Shown: positions 40,155 through 52,920 of the stretch, piece by piece
How the letters are laid out: the number at the start of each line of letters is the position of its first letter
Position numbering within the stretch: position 1 is the stretch's first letter
Assembly (NCBI GenBank): GCA_038496445.1
Contig: JALMLS010000536.1
Location: 62,001 to 126,000, forward strand
Direction of reading: 5' to 3'
Length of the DNA stretch: 64,000 nucleotides
From: Trichosphaerium sp. ATCC 40318
Taxonomy: Eukaryota > Protista > Tubulinea
The notes under the pieces: model-generated
Told to the model about the DNA's origin: nothing
The model's database searches: none
What the model saw: the letters and a program-made list of their open reading frames with translations, nothing else
Position numbers and translations under genes: made by a program

Positions 40155-41840
40155 ATGTACAAAAGGAAATGACTAAATATTTAGAATGTCATCTTGTGGT
40201 TTTTTTTTTGTCGCTCGCTTCGAGTTGTGTTGGTTGAGTACAGTTAAAAATGGTCGCGATAGTGAGCGCCTAAGAAACTGAAAGCGTTCTGAGCATTATC
40301 TCTCTGAACGGCGAATTTGGTTGGAATACTGTTGCTGCTTACACAAAGCGAAGACAACGGAAGAGATGTTGCTTTCTTAGTTTATTCGCATGGCGGCTCA
40401 TCACACATAACTAAGGTATGCACCATTCGCGTTGTGTAGCGAATTGGCAGTAAAAGCGCTTTTAAGATTCTTACCGAACTTTTTTCAAAATTCTTACGAA
40501 AAATTGTTTGCCTGGTGGCGCAGTAGTGAGTCTAAACGAAAGAATTTTCTACTTTTTAATGCTGTGGATGGGCAGGGCAGGGTTCAAAGCTCGTAGGCTA
40601 TTTTACGTTTCTGTATCACCGATCAAGGTTGAATGCCTTGTCGGAGGTGTTAATACGCCTATGAATGGTAATAGCTTGCTTATTTGAGCGATTACTCACT
40701 CTGTTGGATTGTTTGCTTTTTCTTAGCCGTTGTTTTTTGCTTTTGGTTCTTCTAACCGTAATGAAGCGTATGAGGCATAATGTGCTCATTATAGCGTGTA
40801 ATCTTTGAAGTTTAGTTCAAACTGTTTAGATACTGTTGTATTATACTTCAGAGCCTTGTTTAAGCGTTTTTAGGCTAAATACGGTGTGGTGACACGTATA
40901 CCACTCTTTTTTTTTTCGTAAATCGTATTTTGCAATTGGGTTTTCTACCGATTTCTCACCTTGCTGGAGTATCCTCAGAACGTATTATTTTTTCGCCTTT
41001 TACTAAAAAATACCGTGAGTGATGCTCATCTGGCTCGTGTTCATATATTTTTGTGCCGCGATGCGGATAAACATCAACCCTTAAAACCAAAGAAAAACAA
41101 AAAAATTACAAGACAACACAATGTTGGTTTTGCATTGATTGACCTCAATGAGTTCCATATCAGCGCAAGTAGCGGAAACAAGATTTTGTGCGGATACACG
41201 TCACCCAAAAAAATTATCAAAAAAAAACTCACTACAAAACATGCGCCTAACCAAAAAAAAAATATACATTAGTTGCACTCAATCATTCAAATGCGTGTAT
41301 AAAGCTGTCCTTTATTATGCATCTATCAACTACGTGCTATTCTTTGATCATTCGTAGATATATACTTCGGTCGAGATGTGTACCATTTCTTTGAAATAGA
41401 AAACCCATGTGGCATTAAAACGTATTCCGCTGCCATGCTCAATGGTGTTTCCTACATGCATTTCATATGCTACATCATACCCGTTATAGGTCGGGTAGTT
41501 AAGTGAGCGGTATTGGACAGATTAAGAGCGTTTAAAAACAAACCACTTGACCTGACATATCACACAATGAGGATAGCGTTGAAGCTCACTGCAGGCATAG
41601 CGGCTTGTATTGGGATATCGTTCTTCTGTTTTTGGTACCTACCGGTCCAATTTAAACTTATGTACGCCGTGCTTTAATGTTAAAACAGTAGATAGAAACC
41701 AAACAAAAAAAAAAAAGAATGCAACTTGCATTTTTGTTGGTTTTTTTTGCGCACGTGATAACCTTTCATGAACTAATAAACTCTTAGATCTCCTGAGATT
41801 CGTCTAAACACTGTATTCGAAGGTGCTAATTGCCAGGTTA

Positions 41841-43374
41841 TGACCGTAGAAACTAAAAGTTGGAGATGTTGTTGGAAAGCAAGATGCCAATGTAGAGAAG
41901 CGTAAGTATTACCAACGGTGCTACTGTAATTTAGATTTGAAGTAGGTATGATGCACTCCCGTGTTCATGGCTACTAACAGTACGCAAAAAACGAGTTGTT
42001 GTAACAAGATGTTTCGTAAAGTCTTCAAGTAGTGAGATACGTTACTGTATTCACTCACAAAAGAGATACTTTGCCAAACGCCGCTCATCTTTTCACTGCG
42101 TCGCTTTTTCATTTGTTTTAGAGCAAAACCGAAGGTACATGCGGAAATGGCCCTAAATGCTGTAGTACTTGTTGCAGAACGTGTTGTACATACTCAGAGT
42201 ATGGGAGTGTTTGTAAGCAAACAATGTAAAGCTTACTGTCTGTTGACTCTTCTCATTACAGGTTCACCATGCGACTGCTCATGTTGTTCTTCTGTTCAAC
42301 AGGAACGATGTGAAGTAGATTGTGGTACTTGTTGGTCTGTAACTACAACAGTAAGTAGATAGAGAGAAATACCAAAATAACACGTTTTTTTTCTTTCGAT
42401 GTTCCAAACAACGCTCGCTCGTTTCTCTAATAGTCTGTTATAGTACAATTTAATTTGCCATGATAACACTAGTACCTGTTGTGTTGGCGGAAATAGGACG
42501 CATGTAGAGTTCAAGAGCTTTGGAACAGATTACAATAAGATGATAGAACACCGAGATCAATTTGTTGTAAATACGCTTCCTTTTCTTGTTTAATTCTTCG
42601 TTCTTGTTGACTTTGTTTTGGTTTAGGTTAATGATACTTCATCGTGTTGGTATGATCCATATAATTGCGGCGATGTTGTTTTTTTCAAGGGTACAGTCAA
42701 TTGTTTAGTATTGCGAAAGTTTAAAAATGTTCACATTTGTTTAGGTTTGAAACCATGGAAGTGGAGCTTGGTTATCATCGGTATAGTTGTTACAATTCTT
42801 TCATTTATGGTGTGCACAATATCAATAGCTGTTGATATTATACCTATTCGCGTAAGTTCAAGAACCAAGAACGTCAATTTCTCAGATGATGACTTTTTTT
42901 TTTAGTGGCCTTTTGTGATGTCATCTTGTATAGTACTTTGGTGTACAATTCTAATACCTATGGTGATCTTTGCACCTATACTAATACATGGTCATGAGGG
43001 TATCATATCTCCTAAGGTTGAAGATAACCTCTCAATTGCGGCATTCTTCTTTTCAGGACTTGGTCTGTCATTAGCTCTTTAGACAAATCAATAGATATCA
43101 CAACAAATACGCAAAACACAATCTTTCAAAAAGATGCACAGCTGCACTTGTAGTACTTGTAGCTTTCTTGGGCTTTTTCTTTCCTTTGAGTATTGCTGCT
43201 CCAATCGCATATGTACAACATTCAACTGTCTTTGCGATTGTTGCATGTGTTTCCTTTTTGCTCGCATTGTCAACAGTTGTTGTGTTTCTTGCTATCAACA
43301 CGCTGTGGGGCACTTGCGCATCATACTCTCTTGCCAAAGAAGATGATTGTCAGGTCTACTTCTGGAGAAGTTGA
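41841..43374 (+). CDS. Cys-rich multi-pass membrane protein (apparent frameshift near 43078)
   Basis: GT-AG exons with many Cys, then CWYDP and about 5 TM helices; the frame shifts at GCTCTTTAGA. Confidence 0.6.
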
Positions 43375-44037
43375 GCTTGATGATTCTATTAGCAGCCCCT
43401 ATGCAGAATAAACTGTTTTAGTGTTGTATGGCCATTTTTGTTTTTTGTCGCGCTTACGTAACCTTTTTCAGCTTCAACATTGTTCAATCTCAAAGTATCA
43501 CAAGTCATTTACTCATAACAAAAAACCACGTACAGCTCCTAACAATTCTGTTCCAGCTCCTCAACTAACAACCCTCTCAATCTCTCCCGTCTATCCAACT
43601 CAAGCCACATCACAGATCTGTAAAGATGTAGATTTGAGAAAGCACTGGAAAGCAGTGAAAGCTAAGGGTGAGATGCCTAACATATCACCAGTACATCCAA
43701 CGAATTCATACCTCCTGGTATACCCACAACAAACAAAACTGGATGCCACGGACACAATGTTACAACAGTTTTTCTTAGATGAAGATTTTTTTGCCAAATT
43801 ATCCTTAGCATAAAATAGTGTTGAGAGCATAGCTTCGAACAACTAATTTTCAAATAAAAATGAGATAAAGTGACGAGATTATTAGCAAGTGACGAGATTT
43901 TAGCACGCGCCAGACACCTTACAATAAGAACATGCCATCATTCTACTTGGTCACAAACATGTTGCTCACAAAAACGTTGGAAGAACCATCAAAGATAGAG
44001 ACAATTTTGCGGATACAAGTCGCGGGGAAATACACAT

Positions 44038-44222
44038 GTGAGCGTTGGATGGGAGATACTGGCGGTATTCCTATCAGACCGTATCACTTTACTCCTTTTC
44101 ATTTCCAAGCTGGTCCAAGAATTTGACTTGGTAGCAGATGGTATGTGCCTTCTGATGTCACGTGATTATTATTATGAACTATAGGTATGCAACAAAGTAT
44201 AAATTATAGTTGTTCTTATACT
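44038..44222 (+). pseudogene. Inverted fragment of the neighbouring P450 heme-binding exon and following intron
   Basis: ERWMGDTGGIPIRPYHFTPFHFQAGPRI*LG versus ERWMGDNGGIPIKPYNFIPFQAGPRTCLG; the intron start is also conserved (gtatgtgccttctgatgtcacg). Confidence 0.85.
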
Positions 44223-44945
44223 TGATCTGTAACACTAGCGTGTCACGAATTGTAGTCAAATATCTCCCACTTTCCATTGGAATACTGAAGCAATTTAGTG
44301 GAAAACTCAAGAATTTCCGTTTGTTCTTCCCCTACTTTGTTATCATTTTAATACCACTCATCATGTGTGTAACAATTTCTACGTTTAATATGAAGCCAGA
44401 ATTTTGCCTTGAAATGTTGGTGGCCCCATGAAAACGTTAACTGAAGTAAGTGCAAAAAAACTATCACATAACTTTTTTGCGCTAGTAGCATCTCAAAACC
44501 ACCTTCAAGTACTGTGGGGCTAATATAGAAGGTACATTTTTATTGACATTCGTTAATTTAACGAACTCAGTAGATTTAAAAATACTTTGTAGCGTACGGT
44601 CACCAAACCTTGTAGAGCAATGTGGAACTTCAGTCAGATAAAAAAAAGTAGTCGGTTTTTTTTGTATTGTTTAGTTTGCAGTACTCTCATTAGCTAACTT
44701 CCGTCCAGCAAAAATACAGGATAACGCAGTTCACATGTTTAATGAATACAAACAAAAGATATTAATGACGCCATTGAAACACATAAGTCCTAATCGTAAA
44801 GCAAAGAGGAAGAGAAAAAGACTACACTTTTCAAATACCAATAATTTTCTTGGAGTATTTTTCCGCGCTGTAAAAACAACGAAGTCAACAAACTATCATC
44901 AATTTCGACCTTTGCTTTGCTTACTGACGAGAAGTAACGTCTCAG

Positions 44946-46083
44946 GTTACTGTTCAGTGAATCGCCCCAGTCGAGGCCACCCAAAAAGACCATAGTTGAA
45001 CAATACAAACTGTCGTACAACAAATGCTTGACAACTTATCCCAAAGTGCTAACTTATTTGATTTCTTCCTAATACTCGTCCTACCGCTCAGATTTTTTTC
45101 AGTCAAGTGTACAGTACGCCTATTTTTTACTAATTTCGCTCCTAAACAAACTCTTCGACTTTGTGTTTTCGTCACGTGCGTGAAACGTTTCTCTAAGCTA
45201 AATAAAATTGAAGGTTCATTTCACAACTGGAAGGTCTACACAAGGATGGCTTGTATACTTAAATAATGAGAATAAGAGGAGGTTTTTATCTAGAGGAAAG
45301 AACATAGAGTCCGTCCTCAGAAACGCATACAAGTTTTGTATAAGATCAACAATCCCAGCACGTGATTTTGATACAACTTTCCGTCTTTTCAGTTTCGTTC
45401 AAAAAGAAACAAAAAAAACAAGTACTCCACGTTCTCTTTTTATTAACGAACATGTCTAGAACTGTCGTAGACGTTTTACAACACTCACCAAAGGCGGCGA
45501 AGAAGTAAACGAGTTCGTGATATTCCACCCAGAATCTCCAGCGGATATGAAGGCCAACTACGATCCACAACACTACAGAGGTGTCAGGCAAAGAGTTTTT
45601 AAAGGTACTAGAATAGACGCAAGACAACTCGGGTTAATTCTTCTCCTTAGGCTTCTCACATGTCTCCCCTCTTGTAGAAGCGCACGATGATCCTAATGAG
45701 GATCCAACCGAACCGGAACAAGACTACGAGGAGCCACAGTCTCCAAACACGGAAGAATATACCGAGTCTGAAAGCGAACACGAGGTAAAGAAAGAAGACC
45801 CTATGGACGACTCTACTGAGAGTAAGTACAATTAGTTTTCTTAGACTTCTCATTTAAAGATACCACAGGTATTGAAGCGAGGCTACTCCGTGACAATGCC
45901 TTGCTGCGGCAAAGATGTTTCATGCTAGAACAGAAAGTTGCTTTGTTCGAGATTCAACAACGTGATCAACTACGATATACACCATTTACAGTGTCTTCAC
46001 AAATTAATGCCTATACATACGATCAGCCCGGAATTATAAGTATAAATGAGTTACTAAGGTTCTTAAATCCGCACCAATACTGA
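44946..46083 (+). CDS. Hypothetical protein with an acidic region and C-terminal coiled coil (start uncertain)
   Basis: Spliceable exons NCRRRFTTL...EPEQDYEEPQSP...LLRDNALLRQRCFMLEQKVALFE. Confidence 0.55.
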
Positions 46084-46740
46084 CCTTTGTATTTTTCTTT
46101 GTAAATAAATGTACATAGTTTTGTTTTTCTCAAAGGTACTTTCGAATTAAGCTATTTTCAAAGACAAGATCTGAGCGTACATTGTGTTGATCACATGCTA
46201 TGCCAAGAATCAGACAATGCTGAATCTTCAGTCAAATCAGTACAATAATAAATCTGACAGCGAACCAGTCGTTACACTGCCTCCATCTATGTTTTACGTG
46301 CAAAAGGCTTTGAAGAGCAAGACATTTCGCGACGTCATTTAATAAACTAGTTAATGGTAGAATTTATATTGCAATAACATCAAAATAATATCGGCGCTAG
46401 CGTGCTGCCTCTTATTGAAAAAAACCCTCAATAGAAACAATCTTATGGGTGGAAAGAATATAGATCTATCATTTTGTAAACAAACAATAGACAACGGAGT
46501 TTCTATTAACAAGCCTTGATAACATTTTCTGTTGTGGCACTCAAATAACAAACAAACTGATTGATTATCTAGGATGACAACTAAAACCTTGTGAGCTGAT
46601 TTTTAAAATTGTCAAATGAGTGTTATAGCATTAACAAAAAAAACCTATTTTTCGTGTATAAAATAATTCTACTTTAGTACATTTGTAATCCTGTTTGCTT
46701 ACCAATTGTTTCGTCTACACGATGATTTGATAATCGACAA

Positions 46741-48973
46741 CTATTTATGCTTTACTATCATGTTTACATTGTCTGTGCGATGATGTACTATGAGATTTAT
46801 ACCATTTTTAGGTGCTAATGTGATACCTAAATGTATTTTAAGTCTAACCAACTCTAGTCGGATGACAATACCTGGAGCAAGTTTTGGTGGTCTTCTTTGT
46901 GTCGGTGCCACAGTAAGCGTATATCGCTGGTATATAAGAACAAGCAATGTGAGTACCTCTTGGTATGCCTAATAAGCATGTGATTATGGTATACTAACGT
47001 GACATGAGAAGGCACCTACCATTTGCTTACCAAGACAAGTTCTTGGACCAGCTTGGAAAGGAATAAAGTTATATGGTTTGATAGGAATACCGCCATTATC
47101 TCCCATCCAACGCTCAGGCCTGAACTCCTCTGGTTTATTCCAGTAGAAATCAAGTCTTCCCATACACCAAGCACTCCATACTAATTGTGTCTGTGATAGA
47201 AAATGTGTTAGAACTGTTTAGTTGTCTAACGTGAAACACATGCATTCGTTGTTATTTTGTATCCGGATGGGAGAATGTCATCTTCAATTGAATATTTAGG
47301 ATCAAATGGTACAGGTGGATATAATCTCAAACTCTCATTAACTACTGCAGTTGTATATACCAATTTCTTTAATAGATCATATGTTGGCATTTGCTTGCCA
47401 ATAACCTTATCAATTTCATTCACAACCTTTGTTTGAAACTGTTAGTTGACATTTTTCAACTAATAAAAAGGGAAGACAAATACAACGTTTTTTCAAATCA
47501 AACTTGCTCTATATGTAATGTAGTCATACCTTTTTCTGCTTTGCTGGATTCGCAGCAAGTAAATAGCAACAGAAGGAAGAACAAACTGATGTTGTATCTC
47601 TTCCAGCAAGCCTTGAACAATATTAAAAAAATCAACTCTTTCTTATATTTGCTTCTTCGTACATGAAGTTTAGTGTTATATCTCTAAGATATCTGTCACT
47701 GAACCCTTTCTCTTTTTGAAGCCGTACATAACCAGACAATAAATCGCTGAGATTGGCTAATTCTGTATTGTGTTTACGCTCTTCAATGATCCTCTCAATG
47801 TATCTAACAAGTTATGTGTTAAGAAACTCTCATTAATTTGTAGCAAAAGACGCGCTTATCTAAAATCTCTAGTGCTTCCTTCATTTCTTTGTTAACGTTC
47901 TCTACAAGTCCAAAGTAGCTTAGTATTTTTGCGTTTAAGTTTGTTATTAGCAAGGTGGTCACTTTAGTATTAACAGTATTGAAAGCTTTAGCAAATTTTT
48001 TAGATTCCTCGTTTTTGGACATGCTGTTCATTAGAACGCCAAAAGCTATCTCTCCAATACTAAATAGATAATAAAAAGAAAGAAAATTTGAATCTAAGGT
48101 TTGTTTACTCAACTTTTGTGACGATAAATAGCTTTTGAAAAAAAATCACGTGATTTCAAAAAAAAAAAGCCAAACATAAACATCATGAAACTTCAAACCT
48201 GTTCGTACCTATCAAGTGTAAAACTAGAGAATACATCGTAAACATCGACTATTGATCCTGAAGATGCATGGTCATCAAGTAAAGCAATAACCTAAGACAA
48301 ACGTAAATGCAAAAGACAGTTTTGTTTTTCTTCTTAAACATTGCCTTTTGTCCGTGATGACAAAATGTCTCAACCATCTCCCTTATCGACCTTGTTTTAA
48401 ACATGTGTGACGCTATCTTTCTTTGCTCTTTCCATTTAGACCCATCGACGTTAAAAATACCTTGTCCAAAGAGAGGCTCAAGTTGCTTAGTAATCTTATC
48501 TCCTGAGAACAAAATTAGAAAATCCCGTGTCCTGACGTTACCTTTAACATAATTCTTAAAGTTTGTTTTCAACACGTGTTCTAGATCATCAGGGTTTGCG
48601 ATAAAAACAACCTTACGTCCAAAAAAGTTCCTAAGGCCCCAAATCGGACCATACTTGTTTAAAGTAAACAATCAACGTTGAATCAACCCTCAACATACGT
48701 ACCTTTTTGAATCTACGCAATGGACGCCAGTACCTGTTCTCTGGGTCAAGTGCCAACTGAAATAGGAACCAACCGAACTCAATAGCAGGCCCAATGATCG
48801 CTACGGGTATAAGAGGGCCAGGTGTGCGTATTTCTTGCTATTTTAATTCTGTTATTTTATTGTCAATTACAGCTTGATTGTTTACTTACTCGGTAGTTAT
48901 AAAACCAATATACGTTGTAAACGGCAAAAAGCACAATACAAATAACGGCAATGCCAACAGTAGTGAAGATCAT
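46741..48973 (-). CDS. Cytochrome P450 (CYP704/CYP86-like fatty-acid hydroxylase type)
   Basis: EHVLKTNFKNYVKG, GIFNVDG..WKEQRK, LAGRDTT, ESLRLYPPVP, PERW, FQAGPRTCLG. Confidence 0.95.
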
Positions 48974-49512
48974 TTTTCTCCGCAGAGCACGCAGTACGTA
49001 GAGTATTGTTGAGTGAGTCAGCAGCTTTGCTTACTTTTAAGTGACAGCTTCTGTGAATAGTTCAAAGCAACTTTGCTGCTCTGCTTGATCGCTGTCGGCT
49101 CTGCACATCCAAAGATTTCAATTTCTACCAAGAATACAGAACCGATTTGCAAGTTTCCCGATACCTTACTTTGTGCTTCATACTTTCTAAAGAGATGCTT
49201 CTGGAAGGTAAATGATCAGATTTTTAGCTTTATCCGGTGAATATGTGTGAGAGAGTTTCAAACGCACGTTCGTAAGCTTTCAGACGCAGAGATGACACGT
49301 GATGGGGGATTTGTTTCGCCGGTTTCTTTTTACCTTTTTTTTTTTTTGTTATCCTCTGAAAATATCTTCTTGAAACGCCTAGTATCATGTATGGGTGCCT
49401 ATAAGTTCGCCCTAGTGCCTTTTTCTACTAGGTGATTTTGAGTTTTAAGCGTTTTCTTTTAAGTTTGAGTTGTAAGCACTTATTATCTGGCAAACTCCAA
49501 TAATAGCACGCA

Positions 49513-50525
49513 ATGCTCGTTATATCACGTGTTTTAGTACTCTTGGCGCTATGTTCGCTGCTTATGGCGCAGGACGTTGAGACTTCATGTCAAGCGAAAA
49601 AGAGCTGCAAGGCATGTACTCAGTGCTCCACAACATTGGGGTGCCGTTGGTGCCCTGTAGATAACACTTGCGTACCTTCTGGAACAAACAATAGTATGTG
49701 TTTTGAGGCTGAATACATGGACGAAACAAAGTTTTGTAAGGTACTAATACAAACTCGAACTTTTTCAAATCACGTGACACAAGCTACCGCACTTTTTGTT
49801 TTTTATTTACCCGCTTGTGACGCGAAAATTTCGCGGTTTAGAGCACAGTCAGGCATTCAACGTCTAATATGGCTTTAGTGCAAACCAAAACGCTGTAGAG
49901 TAAAGTCTGGTGTTGATGCTAGCGTATGTTCATGGTATACACGAACTACAGACGGTCCTTTGCCCAGTAACACTCGTAAATGGTTTGGTACGTTTTTATT
50001 TTTAGATACTTGCGAAATGTACACTTTTTTTAATTCAAAAAAGGTGGCGACTTCCTTCCAGAGATTTACAGAAATACGGCACAGTGCGTTTGTGCAGGTA
50101 ATGATCTTCCTTTGTGGGAGATACCTGTAGCTCAATGTGTCCGTAAACAAATTATTCGAGGCCATTTAGCCATCCGTCCAAGAATAAAGGTACTTTTGCT
50201 GATTTTTTTGGAAGTTCTTTTTTTTACCTTTTTGACTCCCACCTATTTTTGGATCTAATAATTTTGTTCTTTACAGCGCATGATGAGAGCAGTTTCGAGT
50301 GATTGTACTGCATCACAACAATTCGCACCATTGATTTTTGATATTCATGAGAGAGCATACAGGAGATGTTGTTGTTCAGGAACAATTGCGCCTATTGAGG
50401 CATGGTCCTTTCTTATTTGTTTTGGCAATATATTCCCTTGTAGCATCCAAGGTCCACCAGAAACGCCACTACCTGGTCTTTTGTGGTCAGTATTAGAGGA
50501 TGGACGCTGTGGTTGTGGATGGTAA
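49513..50525 (+). CDS. Secreted Cys-rich protein with an N-terminal PSI-like domain
   Basis: Signal peptide, C...SCKAC...GCRWC...C; three introns; ends GRCGCGW*. Confidence 0.75.
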
Positions 50526-50574
50526 AAACTTATTGTATGTATTTCTCTTATCAAACTTAATAAAATAGCAATTA

Positions 50575-52547
50575 GTTGAATGGTAATTTTGTAGCAATTC
50601 GTGGTATTTTGTAGCAATTCTAAATAAACTAAAATGTCTCGCAACCCCTCCCAAACGCAAAAAATAATGAAGGTAGCCACTGCTAGTGTAGTTTTACAAC
50701 TGGCAAGGTTAAAAACTCCTCAACATGGGGCAATCCTCAAAATATGCCGTGAAGTAGCTCAGAAATATGATCTAAATGCCCATTCACTAAGGCAGAGTGT
50801 TAGAAGACGAAAACAAAAGGTGTATTCTCCGAATTACAAATCTCACGGGAACCAGTTATTTTCAGATAATCAAGAAAATGTCTTAGTTGGCTATTGTTTG
50901 AGCTTTAGCTCTTTGCACAAGCCTCTGCCACGTTCTTCTGTGATATCTATGGCATCAGCTCTTTATTTGAAAAAGAAGAAGTCTAGTTTGGAAGCTTGGT
51001 ATGACGGATTTGTGAAAAGGCACTCGGATATTCTCAAAGAGTCAATTTCAAAACCAATTCGGGCATGTAGGGTATCCAACAACCTGTTAGAAGATGTCAC
51101 AGGGTGGTGTGATATGTATGAGAAGTTTCAAGATCACAATGTGATGAATCCTGATCTGATGTTCAATGTTGATGAAAAATTATTTACTGAACGAAGTGAT
51201 GGCCTTAAATATGTTACCCTAGAAGATAGAATGAAAAAAATTGGAGGAACAGTCACCACCAAAACAAGCAAGCCACTGACGTTGATTCCGTTTATTTCAG
51301 CATCAGGGAAGGTTTTGGTGACGATTTACATTATGGCAGCTAAAAATAAAGGTGACACTCAAAACATCACCAATTTGGCCATACCAAAACCTTCCAAGAC
51401 TCGATCTTCATGGCCCAGATACTATGTATGTCATGAGAATGGATATGTGACCAACGAAATTTGGCCAAAAATTCTTGATGTATTTTTACATCACCTAAAA
51501 GAAATCCAAGGTGACCGAACTGCCTTTTTATTTTTGGATCGTTTGGCAAGCCACATCAACACTGAATCTCTTCAAAAGTGTCTTAAACAGAATGTACAAA
51601 CTGTTACCTGGGTGCCTCATACCTCACATTTTGCACAACCATTGGATGACAAGCCATTTGCAAACTTGGCTAGAGCTTATACAAAATTTCGAAAACAAAA
51701 GGCTCAAAGAGGAATGGAGACCAGACAAAAGGCTTGTTCTTATGATTTTATATCTCTAGAGGCAGCAGAGAGCGAAGCCTTCACCAAAAAAATCCTAACT
51801 TCCTCATGGAAAGCCGTTGGTGTGCTACCATATGACAGGAATTTGATTCTAAAAAATGTTTCTGAAAATATTGGGCAACCTTCAGATGAAACACTTTCTG
51901 ACCTTCCTGATGATGTTTTGAAAGCAAAAATCGCTATGGATGCTGTAATGACAGAGGAGGTGCCTAAAAAAGAAATGAAACTTGGATCAGTGAGGATGAT
52001 AAAGAATCACATGTACATTGGACAAGAACTTGTTCAATTTGCTGAAAGCCAGAAAAAAAAGAAGAACAGGAGCAAAATCAAAAGGCAAAGGAGAGGCGCA
52101 TTAAATTAGATGAGAGAGAGAAAAAAAATCAAGAAAAAGAAGCAAAAAGAGCTGAGAGAGAAGAGCAAAAAAAAATCCGAGAGAATCAAAAAAAAATTGA
52201 AGCTTCTCAAAAGAGGTTTGTCCGTGAAAAAACAACCTGCCGTGTATGTCACACCAAAGTATGCAGAGGAGGGCGTAATTGGATGTGGTGTGAGCAGTGT
52301 AATCAATTTGGTAGTTGCCCTGGATGTGTTCAAAAAAAATTTGGCAAAGAATTAATTGAAAATCACGGGTTAGATTGTCCAGGTGGAGAACCTTATGAGA
52401 TCTGGATCACAAAGCAGTAGTAAAGCACTTGTTAAAATATCAAGTAATAAAAAGTCTTTTGTTAGGAGTAAAAGTCATTTTATTGTACAAAAACAAGATT
52501 TTTTTTTGCTACAAAATACCTAGTTTGCTACAAAATAGCCACTTGAC
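50575..52547 (+). mobile_element. pogo/Fot-like (Tc1-mariner superfamily) DNA transposon
   Basis: Imperfect ~43-bp TIRs (50575-50617, 52506-52547), each with two ATTTTGTAGCAA repeats, flanked by TA; encodes a DD35D transposase. Confidence 0.9.
50634..52420 (+). CDS. DD35D transposase; C-terminal coiled coil and PHD-like zinc finger lie in the -1 frame
   Basis: HTH/CENP-B-like N-terminus, FNVDE, FLDRLASH, QPLD; after the A8 run (52053-52060) the -1 frame reads CRVCH...WMWCEQC...CPGC...H...C to a stop at 52420. Confidence 0.85.
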
Positions 52548-52920
52548 TAAATATATTTCTCTACAAATGTAAACAAGATCCTTTGCGATTCTAATTTAAG
52601 CACAAGCTTATTTAGTAGTACTTGAAATGTTAGAATCTGGTGATGACACGCGTCATTCATAAGGTTGTGTCAGGTACTATCGCAGGTTTGAAGTATGGAA
52701 TTAATGTAAACGCTGGATACTTTATCCATTGCTCGATACATTTTTGAACAGACTTCTCATAACAACGAAAACACGTGAGGGTAGTTTAATTGTACTTGGG
52801 ATGGACCACACTTCATTGGCGTGTGTTCGTTTTCCAAAATAAAAGTAAAGGCGACACAATAATCTTGTTACAGTTGTACTGGATTTTATTTTTTTGGGTA
52901 AATTTTCTTAACTGGTCATT

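Noticed and set aside
40615-40650. TPP-riboswitch-like CCGATCAAGGTTGAATGCCTTGTCGGAGG
   Set aside because: It resembles P4/P5 only; the essential UGAGA and P2/P3 arm are absent upstream.
50575-52547. Fanzor/TnpB cargo in the transposon
   Set aside because: No RuvC motifs; the extra frame encodes a PHD-like finger and no space remains before the TIR.
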